Made by a program: the position numbers and the translations under genes. Below, one piece after another: positions 63,576-64,000 of a stretch of 64,000 nt of DNA. Origin of the DNA: Candidatus Spongiisociaceae bacterium (GTDB lineage Bacteria > Actinomycetota > Acidimicrobiia > Spongiisociales > Spongiisociaceae). Within the stretch, counting starts at the first letter, position 1, and each line of letters begins with the position of its first letter. The stretch lies in the NCBI GenBank assembly GCA_965262915.1, contig OZ253564.1, positions 3,168,001 to 3,232,000 of the forward strand, written 5' to 3'. The notes below the pieces were generated by a model. It saw only the letters and a list, made by a program, of their open reading frames with translations, was not told the origin of the DNA and made no database searches.

Positions 63576-64000
63576 CAATGGCTCACCACCCCAACAGCAG
63601 CCATCAACCTACAACGCCTCATCAACCTCGGACTCACCCACACAACCACCGGCTGGGTCCTCAACCCCGCCTAGAACCCCAAAACCCGCCCGCCACCCCC
63701 AAAGAACCCCGCCACCGCCACCAACCGACCCAAAACACCCACCCCACAAGCCCCAACCAGCCCCACCACACCCAACACCACCACACCCAACACACCAACA
63801 CAGCCAACTCGCCGAACCCGATAATCAGCAGGCTCCTAGATGAGTAGTTCCAAGGGATCCGGGGTGAAATCCACCGTTTCGGTGCCGAGGGGGTCCGAGA
63901 TCCGGGGTGAAAAGACAACCCCGATCCCGGAGGACCTGGTACGAACCCGGACCTGGACACCCCCGCTACCACACTATACGTAACGGTTGATGATCTGTTG

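Noticed and set aside
63836-64000. Missing 5' end of the giant surface protein beyond the IS stack
   Set aside because: Joining the CTAG at 63836 to the CTAG at 56758 gives a frame that reaches a stop at 63966-63968 with no ATG, GTG or TTG. A repeated GATCCGGGGTGAAA here is unexplained but cut by the window edge.

Overview
High-GC actinobacterial chromosome segment. WhiB, DUF3107, the SLH-anchored FN3/cadherin protein and the gene order suggest Acidimicrobiia (inference). 1-11.3 kb: an N-methylglutamate-type C1/methylamine cluster (gmaS/glnT, mgsABC/glxBCD, soxBDAG/mgd-like) placed between tsaC and glyA. 11.4-48.9 kb: mostly core genes (tsaC, prmC, prfA, rpmE, rho, thrC, hom, lysA, tRNA-Arg, ku, whiB, prs, glmU, tRNA-Gln, ispE, rsmA, tatD, rsmI, gabD, phosphomutase, two gap paralogues, ferredoxin, aroK). 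This block includes a radical SAM gene whose apparent TGA stop reads on as Cys-Sec-Ala-Glu-Pro with a hairpin behind it, a probable selenoprotein missed by the ORF track. 49.3-64 kb: a roughly 1,870-aa surface protein (FN3, HEXXH zinc-peptidase-like domain, SwmB/Ig, cadherin-like, SLH) split by an IS1380 element and fused in frame to a truncated IS630 transposase, followed by nested ISs (IS1182-like containing ISL3 and IS3, with IS30 inside the IS3), each with readable target duplications. Intergenic DNA holds two families of short inverted-repeat elements that sit at CTAG/TAG sites (often stop codons); one family stacks into tandem arrays. No CRISPR array or rRNA was seen. All calls are by eye, without database searches.
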